Assembly (NCBI GenBank): GCA_038496445.1
Contig: JALMLS010000539.1
Coordinates: forward strand, 1 to 64,000
DNA: 64,000 nucleotides
Direction of reading: 5' to 3'
DNA from: Trichosphaerium sp. ATCC 40318
Taxonomy: Eukaryota > Protista > Tubulinea
The notes under the pieces are model-generated. The model saw only the letters and a list, made by a program, of their open reading frames with translations. It was not told where the DNA came from and did not search any database. Below are positions 1-12,004 of this stretch, piece after piece. The position numbers were made by a program, and so were the translations under genes. How positions within the stretch are numbered: position 1 is the stretch's first letter; every line of letters begins with the position of its first letter.

Positions 1-177
1 CAAGTGAAATGTAGCTGTCTTAGTTAAATCTCCAAAATTAACAACACTGTCTATTTCCATATCGGCAAAGAGAAAAAAGCGAGATACTCTTATATCGGCG
101 TCTTCAGCATCAGTACAACGTACTATTAATCAAGTCAATCAATCGTTGAAGTTAAACGTTATATTAAACCGTACATC

Positions 178-2344
178 CTACCCTGGAGCAATAGCCCAAG
201 ACCTAGAAAACATATTGTTTGGATCCCATACTCCTTTGACCCTTTCAAGTCGAGGCATATTTGTTCCTAATTATCTATAAGAGATATGACAGCATGTGAC
301 TTGTGAGTAGATTTAAAAAACGAAAATAAAAACGAAGAAAAAGTGTTAACGTACCGAGTGCGTCGTACTCTCTACCTGTTCTGATACTATTATAGTTTCC
401 GTAGAAGCCTCTGTTTTGTGCAATTGTTGTCATACGAAGTAGGAAAGGATCGTAGTAGGCTCTAGCTCTAGTTACCAATTCTGCAGTCTGGTAACTTAAA
501 GAGTAACTCCATAGAAATCCGAAATCTCTAGAATAGAATGCGTTCTCGCTTCTTGGAATCTCTGCAACACGTTTACCAGAGAGTGTAATTTCACCAAGCT
601 GGCCTCTACTTGAAGGCTCACTAAAGTTGAATCCTATCATGAACTGATCCAGTATAGCATCAAAAATACCAGGTTGTCTAATTCTCTCTTCAGAAATCAT
701 TCCTATTTATAAAGTCACGTGACTTGTTTACTGTTTTAAATACATACCATGTTTTCTGTATTGATGAAAGTTGGTGATTCTGGTACTGAATAGACTAAGA
801 AGAGAGTAAGGTAAAGAAAGAAAAGACATGAGTCAAAAAAAAAAACCGAAAAATGCAAAAACAAGAAAAAAAAGGAGCCATCCTTCAGCTGTATTCAAAT
901 ATCTGGCGCTCATTGTACGTACATAATGTTGCTTTCAAAATTATTGTTGTTGTAGAAGAAATAAGACACTGGCAATCTCTCTGGAATATCTGGGTTTATC
1001 CATTCAGGAAAAAAATCAACGTTATCAATATCAACCAAAGGTCTTAGTTTGGATTTCTTTGTTTCAACAGAATCAGGTCCCAAAAATATTATCTCAAGTT
1101 GAAGATCCATGAAATCCGCTCCAGTTAGTCTGTTTGTACGCAGAATAGGATTAATCCTCGTTTGAAAGAACTTGTTATCGATGAGATCGGGTAAGCTGAA
1201 GATACGTGTATACCACTCCCTAATGATTTGCTTTCCTTGATCAGTTGTATTAACCCTGTAGTTCAAGTATCCTCCAAAGAAGTTTGAAGTATCAAAAGTC
1301 ATTAACGTTATCTTGGTCGCAATACCGTAAGCAGGAAGTGCTCCTCTTAGTGCAAAGAACAGATCAGGGTTAGAGTCTTTGTTGACAATGACAATGTCTC
1401 CTGCTGCCGTAACAAGTTCATATTCTACTATAACATCTACTCCCATACCATGAAGTCTTGTCCAAAAGCCAAACCCACCAACTGACAGGTAGCCAGCTAA
1501 AAAAAAAAAGGTCAGTAACTAATTTTAGAAAAATCACGTGATTTTCGAAAGTTTGTGGTATTATTTTTTCAGTTTTCCGTTTAGCGTACTTGCGCCTATA
1601 CTGGGACAATTACCGACTGGGTGGCCTCTATTCAAAGGAGCTAAAGCCGCGGTGACATTACCAACCAACACTCCTAATAAAAGTTGGTTTGTGACAGTTT
1701 GAGTTGGTATAATACCTGGTTCTATAGTGGTGTAGTTATTCGCTGGATTAATAGTAATAGCAGTCATGAGTCCAAACTGAAGTTGAATGCCATTTAGCGG
1801 TAAATTAAAGCCGTCTCCATTGTGACCACCTAAAGACGTAAACAGCCGAATGTACGGAGTATTTTTGAAAAGATGGAAAGTTTTTCGAACAGGTGATATT
1901 TTCGAGTTTGAAAAAGATTTGGTATTGTTGGCGAAAAAAAAAAAGAAGAACTGAAGAAGCGCACCAGCTAAAGCTGTAACTTGGGGTATATCATTGTCTT
2001 TGGCAAATAGAATAGTAGATCTAACGTCTTGTGGGTTTGAGGGCTGTACAATAGCAAGAGGTTGATCGTCTGGTACGTCTGCATTGAGAGTTACAATTTT
2101 ATCCCTAAACAAAACAACTTGAGTACACAATCAAAACGATTTCGCTTTTCGTACCTGATATCATGATACCGTTGGTCTCCTGGAAGTAGTACGTTCCCGT
2201 TTATTGAAGCCTCAAGCGTCGCCCATGGAAAAGTGCTAGCTGAACAGCTTACGCATAGGAGAAGAAGAAGAAGCTAAGAATATATTGATTTTTATTATCA
2301 CCACAAATGATTTTACGTACTGTCAGACGTGTTGAAGTATTCAT
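178..2344 (-). CDS. Secreted FAD-linked oxidoreductase, berberine-bridge-enzyme (BBE/VAO) family, multi-exon
   Basis: Spliced N-terminus MNTSTRLT/LLLLLCVSCSAST (signal peptide). Contains PLAIVQP, GGHNG (FAD-His) and GNCPSIG (FAD-Cys), ELVTAAGDIV..N...NPDLFFALRG, and C-terminal BBE motif RLERVKGVWDPNNMF. TAG at 178-180. Confidence 0.85.
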
Positions 2345-3348
2345 AGCGCTCGATAGTAACAACATTTGTTATTTGCTATGAAGAGGAGGTCTCTCGCGCT
2401 TGTTGTGATCGTTACTAGTCTGTCAATTCACAATGTAGCAGTAATAATCATTATTATAACAGCTTACTCTTCGCAGTTCTGTAGCGTTATTGGACCTCTT
2501 TCAGGATATCTATCTAATTTTACTGTAGAAGCGCTTGCAAATCACTTAAATGCGAGCGCAATTTTGATGAGTAATTACGCGTGATTGAATGCCACGTGAC
2601 GTAACATTATATCTTACTATTGTCACAAAAACAATTTGAATTCGCTAGCGAATTAAAAGCTGAAAGTATTATAAATCTTTGCTTACCGCGACCATAAATG
2701 ATTACCATTGCGCGTGTTGGCTTATAGGTTCTTGGTGTTGTAAAATCTGGGTGAAAAGAAAAAAAAAACAATGAACTTTTTTCTAGCTGTGATTGCGTAG
2801 AACCTTTCCTGTTGTCATGACCCACTTTACGTTTTGTCAATGTGTGTTCTTTGAAACATAGTAGCGAAGTTCCAAATGAGATAATTGGTAGGTGAGCACC
2901 TCCTTACAAATAAAAACCACATCAAAGTCTATTTATTTTTTGGCCTAGATAGCAACCCCTTTGTTTTCCGTTTTCCATTTTAAAGAGTGGTACGCGTTCT
3001 ATAGAGCCACGTGTCGCGATCACCTGCGGTAGTTCACAAATAGAACAATAAGTGCCGTGTAGCTACAACCAGTAGAGAAGCACATTTTGAGAGAATACAA
3101 GAGATTTTCGCTTTAAGGCTAGTGTAGTAATATGAAGCGCCAATCTTGGCTCATCAACTACATCTACGTTGGTAGAGATATAAAAATCTACGAGCTTTAT
3201 CATACAAAATACCAAGTATTAGCTCCAAAAACTTATAGCGGAGAAACAGCACGACTTACTATAACGACATTCGCGAAAATTAATTCAGTTTTTATTTGAA
3301 ATGATTTATGTGTTAACAGTACAACAAAAAAAAGGCATGGTCATACAG

Positions 3349-4884
3349 TTATAAGCTGAAGAATACAGCTATTACGATAACAACCAAAGAAGCAATCAAA
3401 GACAAGTCACCGTTAGTGCTAGAAGAAGCTGTAATAGCGCTAACTTGGTTTGATTTACCAGACTCAACAACTTCATCTGTTTGAACAACTTTGTCTTTTG
3501 TAACTGTAAAACCGCTTGGAATATCCATTGTAAACTCATCTCCTGTTTGATTGATAACAATCTCAGTTGATGTGGCTTGTCTCTTTCTAGCAGAGGTCGT
3601 AATAGTGAATAAACCAACATCTGTGATGACGGTGTAGCCGCAATCTGGCTGTGAGCTTGGGATGCTGATACATCTTCTACCACCGGCACAATCGCATATT
3701 CCTCCGCCGCGAGCACAAAAGCACTCACAGATTTGGTTTGCGCAGTCGCAAGCGCTAGAAGCCTCGGCATCTTCTACACCACATCCACAAGTACCAGGCG
3801 CGATTTTCGCTGGATCGGTAGGACACTCATCGATACAATCTGGAGTTCCATCTTCATCTGTGTCGGTCTCGAGTTGACCACATCCGCAAAAGCCTGGAGT
3901 GACTTTTTCGCAGTCATCTGGACATTCATCGCAAATGAAGGATAGTCCAGTAATAGCGAAAGAAGCATCAGCTACAACATATGCGTACTAAAGGAAGAAA
4001 TAGAGTCAGAACAAACAGCCAAGAAAAACAAGGTTTTTTATCTTAAAGCATGAATTAGTGATTCTAGACGTACAGACACAGCATCTACATCAACAGCAAC
4101 GCTTTGGTATGAGTTGTCACCCAAGTCCTTTAATAAAAAATAAGCGTTTGAATTGCGTTGAAAAAAAACAAGGAGTTGAGCAAAATTTTTTTTTGCGTAC
4201 AATTGCGTTTGTTGAAGAAGTCTTGTTTCCGTCTACATCGAAGGTTTGGATCTTCCAGTTTTCTTTATCAATATCAAGGACATCGATACTCAATAGAGTG
4301 ATAGGTTGGCCAAAGGTAATTTTAATTGTACCACCGTTCTAGAAGCGAAAAAACTGTCAGCAAAAGCAAAAAAAAGTAAAAAAAATCGACTAAAAAACAC
4401 GCACGCCGTTGTCGTTTGGTTCAGCTGCATTACCGTCTTCTGATAAGATGAGGACGTTGTTACGAGGTTCCCTAGTTAAAAAATGAGTGGAGTTCGAGAA
4501 GAAAAATCACGTGCGAACGGCAAAAACTGCAAAAAAACGACTTTGAGAAAAATTACTAATTCTTTCCACTGCGTACGAGTTTGTCTCGCCAGCTTTGCCT
4601 TCGCCTGGACCTCCAAAGTCCTCGTTTGGTGTACCAATATCCAAATCTTTAGATGATGGATCCGCGCTATCGAATATCATAGCTGGGTTTGGAGGGTCAT
4701 CGTTCGATTTGCCCTCGAAAGTTACGCCAATAGCTAGAGATTCGTATTGATTTGTAATGATATCTCCTTTGGAAAGAGGAGAGCCAGAACCGTCTTGTTC
4801 AAAGTCGATGGTTATTTGATCAGATGTAGGGCATTGAGCAATAGTAGTCGCTAAAAACAGTGCGAAGAGTATAGTGTAAAGCAT
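3349..4884 (-). CDS. Cell-surface protein: signal peptide, acidic N-terminal domain, two bacterial-type thrombospondin-3-like repeats, C-terminal hydrophobic anchor
   Basis: Starts MLYTILFALFLATTIA. Last exon reads DECPDDCEKVTPGFCGCGQLETDTDEDGTPDCIDECPTDPAKIAPGTCGCG and ends SLIASLVVIVIAVFFSL*. GT-AG introns. Confidence 0.75.
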
Positions 4885-6116
4885 TTTCCTAAAACCGCGA
4901 TTAGTTTTTTCCTTCGTTCTCGCTTTTTAGCTTTTTGTTCATTACGTACCACGTGACTGATACAATTTATCAAAGCAAGAGATGTTGTATGTGTGGAATA
5001 GGAAGTACAGTATGAACGGAGCTTTTGTTCATCATGTGCACTTGTGAACAAAAGATTGTCGCGACAACCTTTTTTTGCGCTAGTAATTTTTTGGCTAACA
5101 AAAAGAGAATTATGTCGCGCTATCACGTTGTACGAATACCTTGCAATATCGTCTTTAATACTGCTAATCTCAAAGTACTAGCCATAAAAAAGTCACAATG
5201 AATTTCGTTCTGCCAACACTAGACATATCGCGTCGTCACAACAACAAACAGACGCTCGTACACTAATTTGGCTTCACATTGTCGAAAAAACTCCGAACAG
5301 TTTTTTTGCTTCCAAAACTTCGTGACACTTTTGAGAGTGTTCTAAGTAACAACCAAAAAACGCGTGTACTGCTATTGAGTTCTACTCTCACATTATCGGA
5401 TGAACCAGGAAAATTATGTGGAAGACAAAAGTGTAAAAACATTGAAAAGTTTCAGAACGTATACAGCAATGAACCTTGTCAACACTGTCAATGTATCACA
5501 TCATTAAGACGCTATTTAAATTATTGTAACAAACGCAAAACGGATAGCGACAGTAAAGTATAAACAACAGCTCCGACCAAATGTAAAAGCACGTGATTGC
5601 AAGAAAAGTCGTCAAAAGAGAAAGTTCAAAATTGTGTAGTAGCTTGTTAACGGTTCTCCGTGTGCTGTATTTGTGAAAATGTCCCCTTTTACAAAAACCT
5701 CCACGTACAACCAAACAAGGCTGAAGTATTTCAGCAGCTTTTTACTTTTTTATTGTCTTTTTTTTACGGATTTGTTATGGTATCACCAAACCTCTTAAAC
5801 ACCGAATTCGTTCGATACAGCACATGTGCGAAGTTTCAGTTTACAAGAGAGCACTTTAATTTTGTTACCACGCTTTTAACAATCAACAAATGCAAGTTTG
5901 ACATAACATCATGTATGAGTAGCCTTGCCATACCCGTAACTTTGTTGTTAACGTCAAATCCATTTACGGAGTTTTCATGGACAATTGCAACGCTGCTGTG
6001 GAGAAACTAAAAACACGGTAGTGTCCAGGAGGTATAGGCAAAGACCCAGTTGAAGCCGGCTATGTAGAGGATAGCACTTACTTGGAATGAGAATATCGAA
6101 AAAAAAAAAAAAAAAA

Positions 6117-6402
6117 GAGTTACAGGTATTACAACCCTGAGACATATCAAACCCTCCCGAGTCCCTTGAAGTAATACTACATTATATTACCACTGCTCCC
6201 AAACCGGAGGTATTAAGTCCAGTGAGCATGTTACCCGTTCCACCACAACAGTAGGGCGATACTGTTGCCCCCTGGGCCATATTTCCTTTGTACACCTTGC
6301 GTCGGGAATCTGGTGAAACGCAGGTATGATGATATCGCAAGTTTTTGTGTGTACTGGGTGATCAGATAAGGGGATGTTTGTGCGGAACGACCACTGGTAG
6401 CT
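6117..6402 (-). ncRNA. Candidate structured non-coding RNA (family unassigned)
   Basis: ~47% GC island (hand count) in an AT-rich intergenic region. Several hairpins, 5'/3' complementarity, and a T18 run immediately 3' on the minus strand. No convincing protein. Confidence 0.3.
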
Positions 6403-7641
6403 TTAAAAAAAAATTTCCTTTTTAACTTGCCAAATCTATGATCAACAATTATTGTGGTTTTCTCTAATTCTCTACAAATGCACCCACATAGCATCTAAAC
6501 CTTGTTTTGGAGGTATTCTGAGCGTTCGATAACGAAACGAAGAGTATTTTGTTGTGCCAGTAAAACGTGAAGTAATTTAGTTTTATTTTCCGAATACAAA
6601 AAAAACGAATAAAAATACGCATTGCGTATAAATCCACTTTTCCTACATGCAATTGTTATAACTGAGCAAGTTACTGCGCATGCTGAAGTGCGTCAGGTGA
6701 TCTGGTTGTTTAGTTTTCCGAACTGCCATTTAATGGTTCTTTACGCACGTTAAGACCAATTGCGAGTATTTCCGTCCGTTTTGCGTATTTCATGTCGGAT
6801 TATAATTTTAAAAGCTTCACAGCTTACTAAAACTCATCAAAACAATCCAACACGCCATTTTTGCTCTTTGTATATCTATTAGGAGCTATTACAGACGATA
6901 ACACGCAATTTGAATTAAAAGCGCGAAACGGCCGGCAGAACTTCAAACCTCAACAATTCACTCCGAAACTGCGGTCATAGTTAGGTGCCTAATGTCCAAG
7001 TTATAATGACGGAAAACTGCATGGCTTGAGTACCCTGGTATGTAAACCGTCGTATTATTGAGTAACTCAGCTCTTGATTCGCGACTCTGATTCTCCAGTC
7101 CAACGCCACAAGCGTCCTGAAACCAATGCAGTAGTACAATTAAATCTTCCTGAGCCAAATTCTACAAAGGCGTTAAACTATCAGGCTACCATTAGGTTAG
7201 CTTTGTCTGTGCGCCTAGATTTACCATGCTTAAATGAACAGAGTCTGATTATCGGCAATTCCAAAAATATCCTTGTACAGGCTGTGTTATTCGCAACGCC
7301 CTACTTATTTGCGTCTAAATTACAGTTTTTGTTGCTATTTAATGATTTTCCAGGCGTTTTGACCAAGTACAAACTCATAGCCGACAGTGCGCTTACTTAC
7401 AATAAGCGATAGCTTGTTTCGCGTTATCAGCCTTACAAACAGATTGCTACTGTGATTTCTAGCATCTACAAATATCTCAACTACTCGCGCCGACCAAAAT
7501 CGACTAGGATTAACAGCAATAGTACAACGACAGCATGAATATTTTCTTCGTAAGATGAGCGTAATGTATATTAAAAGGATTCAATCTCAAATGTCTTTAT
7601 TAAAACATACCATGCCCCGGCGTTGTCTTAGTATTAATCTA

Positions 7642-10600
7642 CTATTTACTATCCTTTTCTCCCTTGAACTTCGGTAATCTTTCTGGGTCTATCTGTATTA
7701 TATTGATAGGAACAATAACTGTCTGTCTGTGCTTATGAGTAACCGATGTTTTGGCTATAAACAAAGAGTAAGAACCAACAATAAAAAAATTCAAAAAAAC
7801 ACAGTCCCAAACAAGAAAGTCTTGCAGACAAATAAAAATACGTGTGTAAAGAAAGCAATAATTATGCAATAGATGAAATAACACGTGAAGCTTTTTACGT
7901 CCAAAGATAGGCCATCAAAAGGATAGAAAAAAAAAAAAAAAAAAATACGAAGGCGAAAATACTCCTTAACTCTTATTTAACGTACTTGTAGTGACAGAAA
8001 CATAGTGCTGTATGAATATACGCTTTCCACCATGAGCCTTGGTGATTGAAGGTTGATTGTAGTTCTTTGGTAAAGAGATATTGAAATCTTTCTGGAATTT
8101 TCCTCCCTTTGCAGGACAAACAGCGCCAAGGTTTCTACACACGAATAAGTTACAAAAAAACCCTTTAATAAAGTCTCTATACCTTTTAGCAAGGATATGC
8201 TCGTCTTGGAATACTTCACTGACGTTTGTAGAGATACCAAAACGTTTTTCAACAAACTTTATCTTCACCTTTCCGATATTGTGAGATGACGTGTTTGTCA
8301 TCTCCTACAACAACCGTAAGTACTCATCTATGTATAACCATAATATTAAAGTATGTAACTAACCATATGGAAGCCAACTTTCTTATCACGGCCAAGAAGA
8401 AGACACCAAGAACTCAAACGAACCAATACTTCAACGTTATGCTTCTTTATGACTTTTTGACATTTAGCAGGGTTAAACCTTGGTGCTAAAATGCCGGTAT
8501 GTGGTGAACTGACTTTTATAGGTAAACCTATAATATTATTAACAAGATATATAGTCTATATTGCAAGAAACCTCCAAAGAGAGCAAAGAAGCTTCTTTGA
8601 AGTGAAGAAAAAATATGAAAGAAAAGCAGCTTGTGATCCATATTACGCACTGTAGTAATACTTATTTCCTTTATCTACTGTAGCATACAATGCATAACGA
8701 ATATAACCAAAGAAATCAACAAAAGAAGGAGGCATAGGATCACTGTCAAGTGCGTTAGAGATAACCTCTTCTCGTTCTCTGAAAAAAATTTCAACGTACT
8801 GTAGTTTGACTGTAAACTTCCAGCTGTAGCGTCCAGGTCCAATTACTTTAGTAGAACCTTTCTCTGGTGTGACAACAGCATAAGCTTTTGTCAGAATATT
8901 ATTCTGGCCATACAGGCCAGCACCACGATAAACTACATCCAATTCTTCCTATTCATGTAAAGTCAACTACAAGCAAAAAAAATAGTTTCTTACTTTGCCA
9001 CTGAATCTAACATATAGCCCATCCTTGATTGTCACTGGAGGTCCGACACTAAACTTTACTTTACCAGATAGTGTTTCTCCAGCATAAGCTATTGCTTTGG
9101 ATACTTTGAGCCTGAGAAATATGAGAAACTTTGAATTCATGTATCAAAATGTTTTTCATTAAAAAAAAACAACTTTTAATAATTACCTGAGGCGTGGTAC
9201 GTGAATATAACTCTTTGCAGTTGTACCGGGTTGACGTGGCATAATACCGTCTATTTTGTAGATATTAATTTATAAGGCAATATTCATAAGATACGTGCCT
9301 GGTATCCACTTGCAAGACACTTTCATCGTTGCTTTGCTTGATACACCTCCTTTTAGGACAATAGTCTTTTCAACACGGTTGTGTGGCGCCAAGGCGACAA
9401 AGTTTAATACAGAAAAACCGATCTAAACACAGACATCAGCATTCTTGCACAGATGAAAAAAAAAAACAAAAAAGAGAGTTCACTTTTTCGAGGCAGTTCT
9501 TTTACGCTGACGAAACGATTTCATTGTGCATGAGTATACTGAATGGATGAAATACATAAAAGAGTACCCACAATAGTTATTTTAGTGGAAAAAACTGCGA
9601 GTTCAACGCCAAACAATGATTATCAAAACGAAAAAAAAACAAGTGAAAATCCGAAATAATAAAAAATCTGTAATAAAATCGTACATAGCTCCCAATGCGA
9701 GATTTATCCTTGGCCATAAAAACAAGTTGTTGTTGAGTGCGATCAGTAAAGTGAAACAAGAAATCTTCATTCCATGTAGGACTAGCTTTTGTCGAAACTA
9801 AAATACTGTCAGAACAATCCAACAATAAACATTATCATACCCTCACTGTGTACACCATGAGATTTTCCTAACGAGAGATTAATTAGATAGAGACTGGTAA
9901 GGAGGGGTAGAGGAAGAAAGGAAACAAACGGCTGTTTCTCGAGCTTGATTTATCCGTTAAGAAAAAATAAACAAAGAATTTCTCTTGTCAAGGCACCTCT
10001 GTACGTACCGTACATATAGATCTTAATATAAGATTGTACACCCTTTGGAAACCCTGTTCCTTCAAGAAGACGTACTTTGAGCAAACCTAAGAAACAAAGG
10101 CTAAGTAAAGAGATAAAAGACAAGAAAAACAAAGATGTGATGGTATTTTTGACGTCACGGTATCAATAATAAAAAAAATAAAAATACTGCAAATACTACA
10201 CACCTTGAACAGCCGTATCTACGGCAATATTATCATCAGCTATTTGTAAACTCTCAGCCTAAGTATATTATAAGTATATGAGTTCATTAAATGGTTCTAC
10301 AAGTAAGCAAATATAAAACGTTTAAAAAATCCAACAAAAAAGACATACCTCCGCTTTCAGTTTGTTAATTTCATCCTAAACCGTTCAAGCGTTAGCGTCT
10401 TAAATACCACAAGCGTAAACGAGCCAATACATACCAAAAATGGGTTCTCAGTGCCTTCTTCTTCTTCATCACTTTCTTCATCAGATGGAGCTTGGCCCAT
10501 AGTATTAGGGACTACCTTTGGCATTTGTTGAGGGCCTTTTACGTCTGGTGGAGCGCCACCAGTGGATTTTCCCTAAAATAAAATTAAAAACATAAAAGTT

Positions 10601-11145
10601 ATTTTACGTAAAATGTTCTTAGTTTGCGCCAAATGTGTTTGTTACCTTTTTTACGCTTTCTGTCTTTACCATTGCATTTGGTGTCGATTCAAATCGAGCC
10701 AACACGTCTGTTTCGTCTTCGTGTATAGCGCCATTATCAATTAATACGCCCTTGTTAATGGTTATGATGGGAATTAATAAAAATTTGTACAAATTAATAT
10801 AAAAATAACGAACTTGTCCTGGACCAGTCTCAAATGGGTTGAATGGGGTTGGTTGTTCTTCAGGGCGAAGACCGCGAGCGCTATTAGGTTGATCCGGTTC
10901 AGGGATGACTATTGTGTCTTCTTTCGATTCGTGCTGGTTAAAAAACCCAAAAGGGTTGTCTGAATCGGCGCCATGACTACTTGCTGGCGCATGGAAGAAA
11001 GAATCTTAATAAGATAGTTAATGACATGTACATAGTAGTGTATAGTAGTCTTTTAGCGCGTACTTCGTCCTCTAGAGCTATCTAGCCTGTAAATAGAAAA
11101 AGGATCAAACTGAGCGTCCTGTGCCTTCTTAAGGTCTAGCGACAT
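7642..11145 (-). CDS. C2-domain + arrestin-domain protein, multi-exon
   Basis: C2: LKVRLLEGTGFPK...SPTWNEDFLFHFTD. Arrestin_N: IAYAGETLSGKV, GPGRYSWKF, MPPSFVDFFGYIRYALYATVDK. Arrestin_C: PSITKAHGGKRIFIQHYV..VIVPINI. Acidic/Pro-rich N-terminus. Confidence 0.8.
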
Positions 11146-11364
11146 TGTTGTACAGACTGGTGGTGCGGACAAAATTGACCAATATTTTCTGGAGTAACTC
11201 ACACTTATTCTCCGTCATAAGTCAACCACAAGGCTTTTAAAAACAAACTACGCACTGTAGGACGATTTGTGATATTAATAGATAATGATAAAAACACTGA
11301 TAATTAATTTATTGGCGTTTTATAAGCTACAGAGTTATACATACATTTGTATCAATGCTTGAGC

Positions 11365-11960
11365 CTAGTTAGAGCGATGAAAATGTACATGTATCCATTT
11401 GCCCTTGAAGTACTGTTAGTTGGTCTCAAAAGTAGCTAACAACGTACATCACGCTTCTCAAATACTCTTGTCTCTTGTCCTGCGCCTGTGACTGGTGCAC
11501 CGCTACTAGTTACTTTTTGGCGCAATCTTACGTACGAAACTATTCCTACGTTGCCCATAACGCGAACGTGAGGCGAAGAGATTGTCATGTTTCGCAAAGC
11601 AGCGTTACCCTCTTTTTTAGGTGCACCTTTATACAAGTCAGTCCCAGCAAGCGTAAAAAACAAGCTTTGAACGTTTTTGTGTAGATCAGAGAACGTTTTT
11701 CGGTTTAAACAACGAACCTTTCATAAAATCGAAGTAGAACTTGTGAAATGGTAATCCTTCAACGAGGTGCCTGTATTGGTACGTTATGAAAAGAAAATTA
11801 TTTGGTGGCCATGTAAACGCGCATACCCTGATGCCTCAGGTTCAAAGGCTGTTAAACTAGCGTCACAGAGCGTTGAGTACGTTTCCCAGTCTCCAGTACC
11901 AATTGCTTGTATTAGTTTGTGTGTTGCGTCTAAGAGCTCTTGTTTGGCTGCTTCTGTCAT
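11365..11960 (-). CDS. Stand-alone CaMKII association (hub) domain protein, NTF2-like fold
   Basis: Spliced product MTEAAKQELLDATHKLIQAIGTGDWETYSTLCDASLTAFEPEASGHLVEGLPFHKFYFD...PHVRVMGNVGIVSYVRLRQ...QETRVFEKRDGKWIHVHFHRSN* matches the CaMKII_AD signature. Only 44 bp separate it from the next gene, leaving no room for a kinase domain. Confidence 0.88.
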
Positions 11961-12004
11961 TGTAACTGCTATTTTATGAAGTCAAGGTCAGTTCAAGTGT
12001 CATA

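Noticed and set aside
6117-6402. Specific assignment as SRP RNA, RNase P/MRP, U2 or U3
   Set aside because: Only partial motifs (GGAGCAG, GGGAATCTGGTG, TGTAGTA, TGATGA); the required partner motifs are missing.
6880-7620. Possible spliced minus-strand gene downstream of the arrestin gene
   Set aside because: Splice-like signals exist, but I could not build a consistent open frame or recognise a domain.
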